From the NCBI GenBank assembly GCA_016793045.1, contig JAEUKZ010000077.1, forward strand, positions 1,497 to 65,496: a DNA stretch of 64,000 bases, read 5' to 3'. The number at the start of each line of letters is the position of its first letter. Position 1 is the first letter of the stretch. A program made the position numbers and the translations under genes. A model generated the notes under the pieces. It was not told where the DNA came from. It was given only the letters and a program-made list of their open reading frames with translations, and ran no database searches. The stretch is from Alphaproteobacteria bacterium. GTDB lineage: Bacteria > Pseudomonadota > Alphaproteobacteria > CACIAM-22H2. This document shows, piece after piece, positions 8,517 to 17,220 of the stretch.

Positions 8517-9805
8517 CAGCCGCGGCGGACGTCGCGCATGCGCTGCTCGAGCCGGCGCGCCATGTCGGCGATCGCCTGCTGCGGCGGCTTTTGCTGGAGC
8601 AGTGCCGCCTGCACCTCTTCGCCGACGATCGTCGTGAGGTCGGCGGCGTTCGCCCATTTGGACGGCTCGTCCGCCTCGGCGAAGCTGGCATAGCGCGCCC
8701 ATTGCGTGACGTACGCATCGTCGCGTACGCGTGCGAGCGCGGTCTTGGTGACCGGGAAGAGCCCGACCGCCTCGAAATACTTCATCTGCATGTCGTCGTT
8801 GAAGGCGAGATGCTGGACGAAGCGCGCCGCGTCGCCGTCGCGCGTCGGCCGCCGCCCGCCGATGATCGGCATGACCAGCAGGTGTCCCCAGGCGACCGAC
8901 TGCGGATTGTTGCCCGCGGCGACCACCGGATACGGCGCGGCAGCGACATACTGGTCGAACGCCCGCCCCTGTCCGCTGTTGTCGCGCGCAAATCCGCGCG
9001 CGAGCGGCGCATCGGCATAGAAACCGGTCCGGTGCTGGCCGAAAAGTCGGCGCGCGTCGGGCCGGTCGATGTCGCGGGCCGCGAGATTTTCCTTCATCAG
9101 GTCGACGAGGAACGACAGCGCGCGCACGCCAGCCTCGCCATTGACCTTCACGGCGCCGTCGTTGTCGAGCAGGCGCCCGCCGAAGGTCCACAGCCAGACC
9201 TGGAAGTCGGGGCTCATCGACAGGTTGTTCTTGGTCGCAAGCGCATAGGGCACCGCTTCCGGGTTGCTGCGCTTGATCGCCCGCAGCGCACCGACGAACT
9301 GGTCGACCGTGGTCGGGATCTGGTTGACGCCGGCGTCGCCGAGGACCTTGCGGTTCGCGACCATGCCGATCGATGCGGCCGTCCACGGCAGTCCGAGCTG
9401 CTTGCCGCCCGACTGGCCGATGCGCAGCAGCCCGGCGTCGATCTTCTCTTCCAGCGCAGCACGACCGAACAACTCGTTCAGGTCGGCGAGGTTGTTCAGC
9501 GCCGCGAAGGTCGGCAGCCAGCGCTCGGCGAGCTGGGCGACGTCGAGCGGCTGACCCGCACGCATGCGCAGAATGAGGTTCTGCTGCATTTGCGCCCATG
9601 GAAACCCGATGGTTTCGAGCCGCACGGACGGGTTCGCGGTGCTGAACGCGTTGAACATCTCGGTCAGCACCGGCTTGCTCGCCGCCTCGTCATGACTCCA
9701 GCCGATATACGTCAGCGTGCGCTGTTGCGCGAAGGCAGGTCCGGCCGCGGCGCCGAAACCGAGGGCGCTGGCGGCAGCGAGAAATTCGCGTCTGGTCGTC
9801 TTCAT
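8516..9805 (-). CDS. ABC transporter substrate-binding protein (carbohydrate family 1) with twin-arginine signal
   Basis: 429 aa from MKTTRREFLAAASALGFGAAAGPAFAQQ (RREFL Tat motif). ATG at 9805 is preceded by AGGAGG. Confidence 0.9.
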   Translation of the reverse strand: MKTTRREFLAAASALGFGAAAGPAFAQQRTLTYIGWSHDEAASKPVLTEMFNAFSTANPSVRLETIGFPWAQMQQNLILRMRAGQPLDVAQLAERWLPTFAALNNLADLNELFGRAALEEKIDAGLLRIGQSGGKQLGLPWTAASIGMVANRKVLGDAGVNQIPTTVDQFVGALRAIKRSNPEAVPYALATKNNLSMSPDFQVWLWTFGGRLLDNDGAVKVNGEAGVRALSFLVDLMKENLAARDIDRPDARRLFGQHRTGFYADAPLARGFARDNSGQGRAFDQYVAAAPYPVVAAGNNPQSVAWGHLLVMPIIGGRRPTRDGDAARFVQHLAFNDDMQMKYFEAVGLFPVTKTALARVRDDAYVTQWARYASFAEADEPSKWANAADLTTIVGEEVQAALLQQKPPQQAIADMARRLEQRMRDVRRG

Positions 9806-9840
9806 GGTGCGGTTCCTCCTCTTGTGTTCGTTGTCAAAGG

Positions 9841-10668
9841 TCAGTTCGCAACGGCGCCGTGGGTCATGCCGCTCACCAGGAACGGTTCGAGCAGCAGGAA
9901 CAGGATCACGACGGGAATGAGCGAGAGCGAGCCGGCCGCCATCAGCATCGCCCAATCGACGCTGTGTTCGCCGACGAAGGACTGCAGGCCGACCGTCAGC
10001 ACCCAGTTGGCCGGCTGGGAGACCAGGGTGCGGGCGAACACGAAATCCGCCCAGGCAACGATCCCGAGATAGACCGCACTGGCCGCGATACCCGGGCGGC
10101 AAAGCGGCACCGCGATACGCCGCATCGCGCCGAGTTCGCTGCAGCCGTCGATCATCGCGGCCTGCTCGAGTTCGTAGGGAATGCCGTCGAAGAAGCCCTT
10201 CATCAGCCACGATGCGAATGGCACGCCGACGGCGGCATTGGCGAGCATGAGGCCGAAGAGCGAGTCGATCAGGCCGAAGCTCGTGAACATGATGAAGAAC
10301 GGGATCACGATCAGGGTCGGCGGCAGCATCTTGCTGAGCAGCAGCACGAAGCCCGCGGTCTGCTGGCCGCGCGTGCGAAAGCGCGACAGGCTGTAGCCGG
10401 CGAGCGTGGAGATCACGAGGGCGACGGCGACCGACCCGAGCGTGACGAACAGCGTATTGACGAGCCAGGTCAGCAGCGGCTTGCGCTCGAACACATCGGC
10501 ATAGGCCTGAAGCGAGATCGCCGAGAGCGGCGGCAGCAGAGGCGGATCACGCGACAGCACGATGTCGGTCGGCAGCAGCGACGTCACCACCATCCAGTAG
10601 ACCGGGAAAAGGATGAAGGCGGCAATCAGGGTCGCGAGGACGGTCGTGCCGACGGGGGAGCGCTGCAT
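9841..10668 (-). CDS. carbohydrate ABC transporter permease (MalG-like)
   Basis: 275 aa, EQAAMIDGCSELGAMRRIAVP motif. GGAGGG SD before the ATG at 10668. Confidence 0.9.
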   Translation of the reverse strand: MQRSPVGTTVLATLIAAFILFPVYWMVVTSLLPTDIVLSRDPPLLPPLSAISLQAYADVFERKPLLTWLVNTLFVTLGSVAVALVISTLAGYSLSRFRTRGQQTAGFVLLLSKMLPPTLIVIPFFIMFTSFGLIDSLFGLMLANAAVGVPFASWLMKGFFDGIPYELEQAAMIDGCSELGAMRRIAVPLCRPGIAASAVYLGIVAWADFVFARTLVSQPANWVLTVGLQSFVGEHSVDWAMLMAAGSLSLIPVVILFLLLEPFLVSGMTHGAVAN

Positions 10669-10677
10669 CGAGCCCTC

Positions 10678-11625
10678 CTAGAAGAAGCGCTGCCGCAAGC
10701 GCGGCAGGGCAAGCAGAACCAGGACGGCGCACAGGACCATCAACATCAGGCCGAGCGCCGAGGCCGAGCCAAGGCGGAAGTACTGAAACGCCTCGAAATA
10801 GATGCGCAGCGCCAAGGTCTCGGTGGCGCCGGCCGGCCCGCCGCCGGTCGTGACGTAGACGATGTCGAGTTCCTTGAGCGCCCAAAGCGCATTGAGGATC
10901 AGCGCCAGCAGCATCGGCCCGCGAATGCCCGGCCATGTGACGTAGCGGTGCTGCGCCAGGGCCCCTGCCCCGTCGATCCGCGCGGCTTCATAGAGAGCAA
11001 GCGGTATCGCCTGCATCGCGGCAAGGGCCGTCAGCGCGAAGAAGGGGAAAGCCTTCCACACCGTCGGGACGACGACCGCGAGCATCGCGGTGTCCTGGCG
11101 GGCGAACCACGCGATGCCTTCATCCAGCACGCCGACGCGGCGCAGCAGCGAATTGACGACGCCGTATGAACCGTCGAAAAGCCAGAGGAAGGCGATCGAC
11201 ACGACGACGCCCGGCACCGCCCAGGGCAGCATCATGACGCTGCGAAGCCAGCGCCGTCCCGGAAAAACGCGGTTGAGCAGCAGCGCGAGCAGCAGCCCGA
11301 TGACGAACGCCGGAACGATCGCGCCGCCCACGTACACGGCAGAGCGCGCGAACGCGGACCACAATGCCGGGTCGTCGAAGACGCGCGCATAGTTCCCCCA
11401 ACCGACCGGAAGCCGGTCGAGGCGCGCGAGGTTCATTGTCCGCCCTTCGCGGAAGCTGACGGCGAGCGCCAGATAGAGCGGATAGGCGATCAGGAACACG
11501 ACGGCCGCGAAGGCCGGGGCGAGCAGTCCGTAGGCCAGGACCGTGCGACGCGCCGGCCACCACGCACGACGCCGCGCCGCAGATTCCTGCGGGTCGAGCG
11601 CGGGCATCGTGGTGACAGCCGGCAT
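10678..11625 (-). CDS. carbohydrate ABC transporter permease (MalF-like)
   Basis: Start taken at the ATG at 11625 (MPAVTTMPALDPQ...), 5 nt after the SBP stop. There is a second ATG at 11607. YEAARIDGAGALAQHRYVTWP motif. The upstream 300 codons of ORF 10678..12516 are a shadow. Confidence 0.8.
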   Translation of the reverse strand: MPAVTTMPALDPQESAARRRAWWPARRTVLAYGLLAPAFAAVVFLIAYPLYLALAVSFREGRTMNLARLDRLPVGWGNYARVFDDPALWSAFARSAVYVGGAIVPAFVIGLLLALLLNRVFPGRRWLRSVMMLPWAVPGVVVSIAFLWLFDGSYGVVNSLLRRVGVLDEGIAWFARQDTAMLAVVVPTVWKAFPFFALTALAAMQAIPLALYEAARIDGAGALAQHRYVTWPGIRGPMLLALILNALWALKELDIVYVTTGGGPAGATETLALRIYFEAFQYFRLGSASALGLMLMVLCAVLVLLALPRLRQRFF

Positions 11626-11630
11626 CGCGT

Positions 11631-12890
11631 TCAGCGCAGCGGGATCTGCCGCTCGAGCGTCGCTTGCAGGGCGGCAAGGACGGGCGCCGTGGGCGTATCG
11701 GACGACTGCAGGCGCATGACTGCCTGCGCGAGGGCGCGCGCGAACTCGTTGTAGTTTTCGCGCAGCACCGGAAGGGTCGGAAACAGGTTGCGCGCCTCCT
11801 CCGCCGCGCTGTTGACGATCCGCAGATGCGGCAGGCGCTCGGCCTGCGCCGCGCTCAACGCGCCGCGCCGCGGTGCCGGCGCGCCGGAGAGCACCGTGAA
11901 CTGCTCCTGCATTTCCGGGGTGATCACGAGCTTCATGAACTCCCAGACCAGTTCCGCCTTGCGTCCCGTCAGGCGCGACGACATGTGCAGGCTGTTCGAC
12001 GTTCCGCCGCTGACATACTGGAACGGCAGGCGGGCGATCTTGAGGCTCGGCCGAAGCGCCTCGTTGGCGCGCTGCGTCGCTGCCCACACCCAGGGTCCGT
12101 CGCGCACGAAGCCGATCTTGCCGTCGACGAAAAGCTGCCGCGACGCCTCGGCAGACTGGCCGGGGGGAGCAAAGCGGATCGCGCGGCGGTACTGGTCGAA
12201 GGCAGCGACGATGCGCGGGTCGGTGAACCGGTAGCGACCGCCCTCGACCCAGTCGAGTCCGAGGCCGGTCACCCAGGTGCCGACGTCGACGAGAATCTGT
12301 GGATGCTCGACCGTGGTGGCGCCGAAGCCGAACTGGCCCTGGTCGCGCCGCGTCAGCCGCTCGATCGCCGACAGAAACTGGTCCGGCGTCGTCGGCACGG
12401 CGAGGCCCGCCTCGTTGAGCAGCCGCTCGTTGTAGAAGAGAATGCTGCCATAGCCCATCAGCAGAATGCCCTGGGTCTTGCCGTCCCAGACCATCTCTTC
12501 GCGAAGGCCGGTCCACGTCTGCGCGACGTCGGTCTGCCGCAGCCGGTCATCGAGCGGAGCCAGCCAGTCCTGCGCCGCGAAGCTCGCGAAATTGCGCGTC
12601 GGCAGATGGACGATGTCCGGCGGGTTGTTGCCGGCGAAGCGCGTCGTCATCTGGTTGATGAACTGTGCGAACGGAATCTGGAAGAGGTTGACCCTCACGC
12701 CGGGGTTCTGCTGCTCGAAGCGCGCGATGACGGCACGCCACCAGTTGCTGATGCCCGCTTCCTCGGCCTGCCAGCTCGGAAAGTCGAGCGTGACCGCCTG
12801 CTGCGCTGCGGCGCGGCGGATGGCTGGTGCCGCGAGCGCGACCGATGCGGCTGTTGCGGCGAGGATACGGCGTCTCGATGTCGTCATCAT
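11631..12890 (-). CDS. ABC transporter substrate-binding protein (carbohydrate family 1) with twin-arginine signal
   Basis: 419 aa from MMTTSRRRILAATAASVALAAPAIRRAAAQQ. ATG at 12890 is preceded by GAGGGA. Confidence 0.9.
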   Translation of the reverse strand: MMTTSRRRILAATAASVALAAPAIRRAAAQQAVTLDFPSWQAEEAGISNWWRAVIARFEQQNPGVRVNLFQIPFAQFINQMTTRFAGNNPPDIVHLPTRNFASFAAQDWLAPLDDRLRQTDVAQTWTGLREEMVWDGKTQGILLMGYGSILFYNERLLNEAGLAVPTTPDQFLSAIERLTRRDQGQFGFGATTVEHPQILVDVGTWVTGLGLDWVEGGRYRFTDPRIVAAFDQYRRAIRFAPPGQSAEASRQLFVDGKIGFVRDGPWVWAATQRANEALRPSLKIARLPFQYVSGGTSNSLHMSSRLTGRKAELVWEFMKLVITPEMQEQFTVLSGAPAPRRGALSAAQAERLPHLRIVNSAAEEARNLFPTLPVLRENYNEFARALAQAVMRLQSSDTPTAPVLAALQATLERQIPLR

Positions 12891-13042
12891 GGCGTCCCTC
12901 ACTGGTTCTGGTTTGTCGTTCGCTGTTCGTGCGCGGCCGTGTGCGAACGCCATGCCGGTCCATGCGGATCGGCAGGCGCGGCAATGAACGTCCCGGTGGC
13001 ATGCACCATGACGGCCCGGCGTAAGGTGCCCCTGGTCATGGC

Positions 13043-14215
13043 TCAGTGCTTCACGACGTGCTTCCAGACGTCGTCGGTCGGCGCGACGCCGTGCCCGACT
13101 CCGCCCGGCAGATGGAAGAAGCCCCGCTCGCACCGCATGTCGCCGGTTACGTAGCGCAGGTTCTTGTCGAAGATCGAATGCTGGTATTCGTGGTAGGGCA
13201 CGTTCTGCAGCGCCGCAGCCGCGTGCAGGCTTGCCGCCTGGAACACCCCGATGCCGATGCTGGCGTGCGGGATGATCCGGCAATGGAATGTCTCCGCCAT
13301 CCGGCCGATTTTCATGAACTCGGTGACGCCGGTGTGGCCCATCTCGGGCTGGATGATGTCCATGCAGCGCCGGATGAATCGCGGCCGATACTCGAATGCC
13401 GTGCGCCACTCCTCGCCCAGCGCGACCGAGCAGCGCACCGCGGCAGCCACATGCGCCTGACCGTCGATATCCTCGGGCTGGCATGCGGCTTCGGCAAAAT
13501 AGAGATCGTGAAGATTGAGGCGATCGATCAGCTTGATCGCCTCCAGCGCCGTATAGCGCCAGTGCAGGTCGACCATGATCTTCGGCGCGGCGCCCAGGCC
13601 CGCCCGCAGCGCCGCCATCTCTGCGATCTCGCCGTCATCGGCCACCGCAGCGGCGAACTTGACCGCATCGAACCCCTTGGCAACCCATTCCTGTGCAAGC
13701 GCGACACGCTCGGCCAGCGTCGGCTTGGGCAGCCCCGAGACATAGGCCGGAATACGCTCGTGACGCATGCCACCGAGTAGCCTGACCAGCGGCATACCGG
13801 CGAGCCTGGCGGCAAGATCCCAGACCGCAATGTCGACGCCCGCCAACGCATCGACGTAGTAGCCGCCGAAGAAGCCGCGCACGCGCATCAGGTCGTACTG
13901 GTCTTCATGGAGAACGACCGGATCGCGCGGATCGCGACCGATCAGAAGCGGCCCGAGCAGGTCGTCGATGATCTCGGCAACCGCTCGCGGCGCCACGATC
14001 CCGTAGGTTTCGCCCCAGCCGACCGCGCCGGACTTCGTCGTGACCTTGACCAGGACAGACGTATCGGTGCGCGGATAGACGGTGCGATTGCCCTTGCGCA
14101 CGAAGTAGCCGCGCTCGTTCGCACTTTCGCCCGCCCTCAGCGCGCCGAGGTACGGCACGTCGCGCGGAATTGAGACGATGAAGGTTTCGACGCGTTCGAT
14201 CGTCTCGGCGCTCAT
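13043..14215 (-). CDS. enolase-superfamily (mandelate racemase/muconate lactonizing enzyme family) sugar-acid dehydratase
   Basis: 390 aa. N-terminal capping domain plus a barrel with KxK-like and metal-ligand regions (DLHWRYT, EEW, HEYQH). ATG at 14215 overlaps the upstream DapA-like stop (ATGA). Confidence 0.88.
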   Translation of the reverse strand: MSAETIERVETFIVSIPRDVPYLGALRAGESANERGYFVRKGNRTVYPRTDTSVLVKVTTKSGAVGWGETYGIVAPRAVAEIIDDLLGPLLIGRDPRDPVVLHEDQYDLMRVRGFFGGYYVDALAGVDIAVWDLAARLAGMPLVRLLGGMRHERIPAYVSGLPKPTLAERVALAQEWVAKGFDAVKFAAAVADDGEIAEMAALRAGLGAAPKIMVDLHWRYTALEAIKLIDRLNLHDLYFAEAACQPEDIDGQAHVAAAVRCSVALGEEWRTAFEYRPRFIRRCMDIIQPEMGHTGVTEFMKIGRMAETFHCRIIPHASIGIGVFQAASLHAAAALQNVPYHEYQHSIFDKNLRYVTGDMRCERGFFHLPGGVGHGVAPTDDVWKHVVKH

Positions 14216-15165
14216 GCTTCGGCTCGCATCGCTGCTGTGGCAAACGGGCCGAGGGATCGACTCATGCGCTCGACCTCGGCAAGGCCGAACGCGGTCGTCG
14301 GGAGGTCGGGCACGCGCTGGTGTACCGCGCCCAGGCCGAGGCGTCTCGCAGTCAGCCGCTTGCCGTAGGCCAGCAGGATAGGGATCGACTGCAGCATGAA
14401 CGTCACGAGCGGCAGGATCGAGGCGTGCAATGCTTCGGCCTGCACTTCGTCGTCGGGACGACTGGAGGTCAGCAACGCCATCAGCCGGACCTGAATGTCG
14501 AACACATCCGGCGCCGGAATCAATCCGACGCAGCCGCTGCGGACGTTGGTGATCAGTTCCTTGCCGCCATGGCCGCAGAAGACGTCGAAGGCGCCGTCCG
14601 ACTCCTCGATCAGACGCGCGACATTTATCGCCGGGCCTTCACCCTTGAGCAGCCGGACGTTCGCATGGTTGCGATGGAGCGCAATCAGGCCCGCGTTGGT
14701 CAGCGCGACGTCGAGATTGGTCGGGTTGTTCTGAATTGCGACCGGCACGCCGGCCTTGTCCGCCACGGCACCGAGGAAGCGCAGATACTCGCCTTCCGCG
14801 TAGCCTTTCGTCGAAGGCGGCTGCAGGATCACCCACGCTGCTCCCGCCGCCTCCGCACCGCGCACGAAGTCGACCTGGCCGCGAACGCTTTGCTCCGCGA
14901 CGGTCACCGCAAGCGGGACGCGGCCGGCGATCGCTTCGGCGACGATATCGACGATCTCGCGGCGCTCGACCGTGTCGAGCTTGTGCACCTCGGTCACCAA
15001 CCCGAGCACCGCAATGCCGGCAGCACCGCCGGCGATGCACGCTTCGACCTGCCGGCGCATCGCGGTGCGATCGATCCGGCCGTCGGCATCGAAGAATGCG
15101 TAGAGGATCGGATAGACGCCGGCAAAACCCGTGCGCGATGACGGAACGGTGACGTTTGGCGGCAT
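14212..15165 (-). CDS. dihydrodipicolinate synthase (DapA) family protein (second copy; KdgD/2-keto-3-deoxy-acid dehydratase-aldolase-like)
   Basis: 317 aa, MPPNVTVPSSRTGFAGVYPILYAFF...GIAVLGLVTEVHKL. AGGAGA SD lies 11 nt before the ATG at 15165. Confidence 0.85.
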   Translation of the reverse strand: MPPNVTVPSSRTGFAGVYPILYAFFDADGRIDRTAMRRQVEACIAGGAAGIAVLGLVTEVHKLDTVERREIVDIVAEAIAGRVPLAVTVAEQSVRGQVDFVRGAEAAGAAWVILQPPSTKGYAEGEYLRFLGAVADKAGVPVAIQNNPTNLDVALTNAGLIALHRNHANVRLLKGEGPAINVARLIEESDGAFDVFCGHGGKELITNVRSGCVGLIPAPDVFDIQVRLMALLTSSRPDDEVQAEALHASILPLVTFMLQSIPILLAYGKRLTARRLGLGAVHQRVPDLPTTAFGLAEVERMSRSLGPFATAAMRAEA

Positions 15166-15190
15166 CGGCCCAGCGTCTCCTCGATTTTCT

Positions 15191-15222
15191 ACATTGTGGA
15201 ACTTACGTCGATATTGTGGAAC
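15191..15222. promoter_or_regulatory. direct repeat aYATTGTGGAAC x2 (20-bp phasing) in the promoter region of the sugar-acid operon; candidate operator
   Basis: acattgtggaac at 15191-15202 and atattgtggaac at 15211-15222. The repeat sits 26 bp upstream of the DapA-like ATG, between it and the IclR::SMP30 gene stop. Confidence 0.35.
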
Positions 15223-15273
15223 ACGATAGGCGGTTCCCGTCGGCCTGTCAAACCGTCGGCGGGCACCGGAACA

Positions 15274-17025
15274 TCAGCCGGCGAAGGGCGTTTCGGGCTG
15301 GCCGCGGACCGTACCCGCGAGCGCAAAGATCGACCCCGACAGCGGCGCCTCCTGCAGCCGTTCGCGCGACAGGCGCGTGCGCGCCGTCGTGACATAGAGC
15401 GTCGTCAGCCCGCGCCCGCCGAAGGCGCAGCTCGTCGGCCGCGGCACTGGCAGGCGCACCACGCGATCGACCCGGCCCTTCGGATCGAACCGCTTCACCG
15501 ACCAGCCGTCCCAGATCGCACTCCAGACGAATCCCTCGCAATCGACGGCGAGCCCGGCCGGATTGCCGGCCTCGCCGGTCAGGTCGACGAACACCTCGCG
15601 GCCCTCCGCGACGCCGGAGGCGAGATCGAAGCGGTAGCGGTAGATCGTGCGTACGCGCGAATCGACGAAATACATCCAGCGATCGTCGGGGCTCCAGGCG
15701 ATGCCGTTCGACACACCGAAACCGCTGTCGATGCGGGTAACGCGGCGATCGGCATCGACGCGATAGAGCGCTCCCTGCGCTGCGGCTCCACCCATAGCCA
15801 TCGTGCCGACCCAGAAGCGACCAGCGCGATCGCAGCGGCCATCATTCGGTCGGTTGCGTGGGCGGTCCGCTTCGATTTCCGCAATCGGGCTCAGTTTGCC
15901 CGTCTCGGGATCGAGGGCCGAAAGACCGCGACGGGTCGCTGCGATCAGGCCGCCGGACTGCCGCAACGCGATGCAGGACACGAGTTCGTGCAGCGGCAGC
16001 ATCGGTCCGGGATTGCGCCCCGCCTTGACAGATCCCATGTGCGGATCAAGCAGGTCGACCCAATAGAGCGTCGACTGCCGCGCATTCCAGATCGGCGATT
16101 CGGGATTGAGGCCAGCATCCGGCGCGGCGCGTACGAGGTCTCGCGGTGGATCGCCGGCGGGTCGTGGCGGCGTCGAGATCGAGAACACCGGCGTCGCGCC
16201 GGCGTTTCCGGCGATCTGCCGCGCCGCATCCATGACGTCGCGCGCAGCGACGTGCATATCGGGTTTGGAAAGGCGAAAAGCAGGCAGCGAGACGCTGATC
16301 GCGCCGGTTGGCGCACCCGTGTGATCGAGAATCGGCGCGGCAACGCAACGTATCCCGGTCTCCAGTTCCTCGTCGTCGAGGGCGTAGCCACGAACGATGG
16401 TCAGATCGAGCTCGAGTTCGAGCGCCGTGCGATCGACGATCGTCCGTTGCGTCATCGCCTCCGGTTGCAGCCTGCTCACCGCATCTCCGCGCGCATCCGG
16501 CGTCGCGAAGGCAAGCAGCGCCTTGCCGAGTGCACTCGCATAGAGCGGCAGACGACGGCCGACACCGAATGGCAGCCGGAACGGCTGCGGCGCCTCGGCG
16601 AGGTCGATGATCAGGGCTTCAGTGCCGTCGGGAACTGCAAGATGGACCGACCCGCGCCACAGATCTGCGAGGCGCTGCATTTCCGCGGCGGCTGCATCGC
16701 GCAGATCGAAGTTGGCCCAGACACGGTGGGCGAGTTCGAACAGGCGCGACCCGAGCCGGTATGTCTGGTCGCGCGCCTGGAGCCGCACCAGGCGCTGGTC
16801 GATCAGCGCGCTGAGAATGCGGTGCAGAGTGCCTTTGGGCAGGCCGGACGCAGCCATGAGATCGGTGAAGCGAGGCGGCCGCGGGGCATCCGCGATCAGA
16901 TTGAGGACGCTGATCGCCTTCCCGAACGCCTGCGCGCCCTTGATGCCGTCGCCTCCCAAGTTCATCGCCATCGCATTCCGTCGCTCCGCGGCCATAGCAG
17001 CCACTTCATTGGAACTTTGTTTCAT
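15274..17025 (-). CDS. IclR-family transcriptional regulator fused to an SMP-30/gluconolactonase/LRE-like beta-propeller domain
   Basis: Single uninterrupted frame. The N-terminal ~270 aa form an IclR HTH plus effector domain (GIKGAQAFGKAISVLNLIAD...TLHRILSALIDQRLV...RGYALDDEELETGIRCVAAPI). The C-terminal ~300 aa form SMP-30/gluconolactonase (PESPIWNARQSTLYWVDLL...NDGRCDRAGRFWVGTM...SNGIAWSPDDRWMYFVDS...PDGLAVDCEGFVWSAIWDG). The 5' end is uncertain: ATGs at 17025, 16995 and 16971, and a TATAAT directly abuts the 17025 ATG. Confidence 0.72.
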   Translation of the reverse strand: MKQSSNEVAAMAAERRNAMAMNLGGDGIKGAQAFGKAISVLNLIADAPRPPRFTDLMAASGLPKGTLHRILSALIDQRLVRLQARDQTYRLGSRLFELAHRVWANFDLRDAAAAEMQRLADLWRGSVHLAVPDGTEALIIDLAEAPQPFRLPFGVGRRLPLYASALGKALLAFATPDARGDAVSRLQPEAMTQRTIVDRTALELELDLTIVRGYALDDEELETGIRCVAAPILDHTGAPTGAISVSLPAFRLSKPDMHVAARDVMDAARQIAGNAGATPVFSISTPPRPAGDPPRDLVRAAPDAGLNPESPIWNARQSTLYWVDLLDPHMGSVKAGRNPGPMLPLHELVSCIALRQSGGLIAATRRGLSALDPETGKLSPIAEIEADRPRNRPNDGRCDRAGRFWVGTMAMGGAAAQGALYRVDADRRVTRIDSGFGVSNGIAWSPDDRWMYFVDSRVRTIYRYRFDLASGVAEGREVFVDLTGEAGNPAGLAVDCEGFVWSAIWDGWSVKRFDPKGRVDRVVRLPVPRPTSCAFGGRGLTTLYVTTARTRLSRERLQEAPLSGSIFALAGTVRGQPETPFAG

Positions 17026-17220
17026 ATTATAGAACTCGGGGCAACACCTTGTGATCCGCGACCGCGGGCCATGTAGCGACGCCACGCGGCATCCGGCCAT
17101 TCTGTTTTCGCATGCGACCTGAGCGACCAAACGACGTATCGTCACGCCGCTCGGCCGCGACGTAAGCGATCACCGGTCGGTCGCCGGATCCCGCATTCAA
17201 GGACTCGACGTGAACACCTG

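Noticed and set aside
15196-17076. 626-aa plus-strand ORF
   Set aside because: Antisense shadow of the IclR::SMP30 gene. It has no motifs and an R/A-rich composition.
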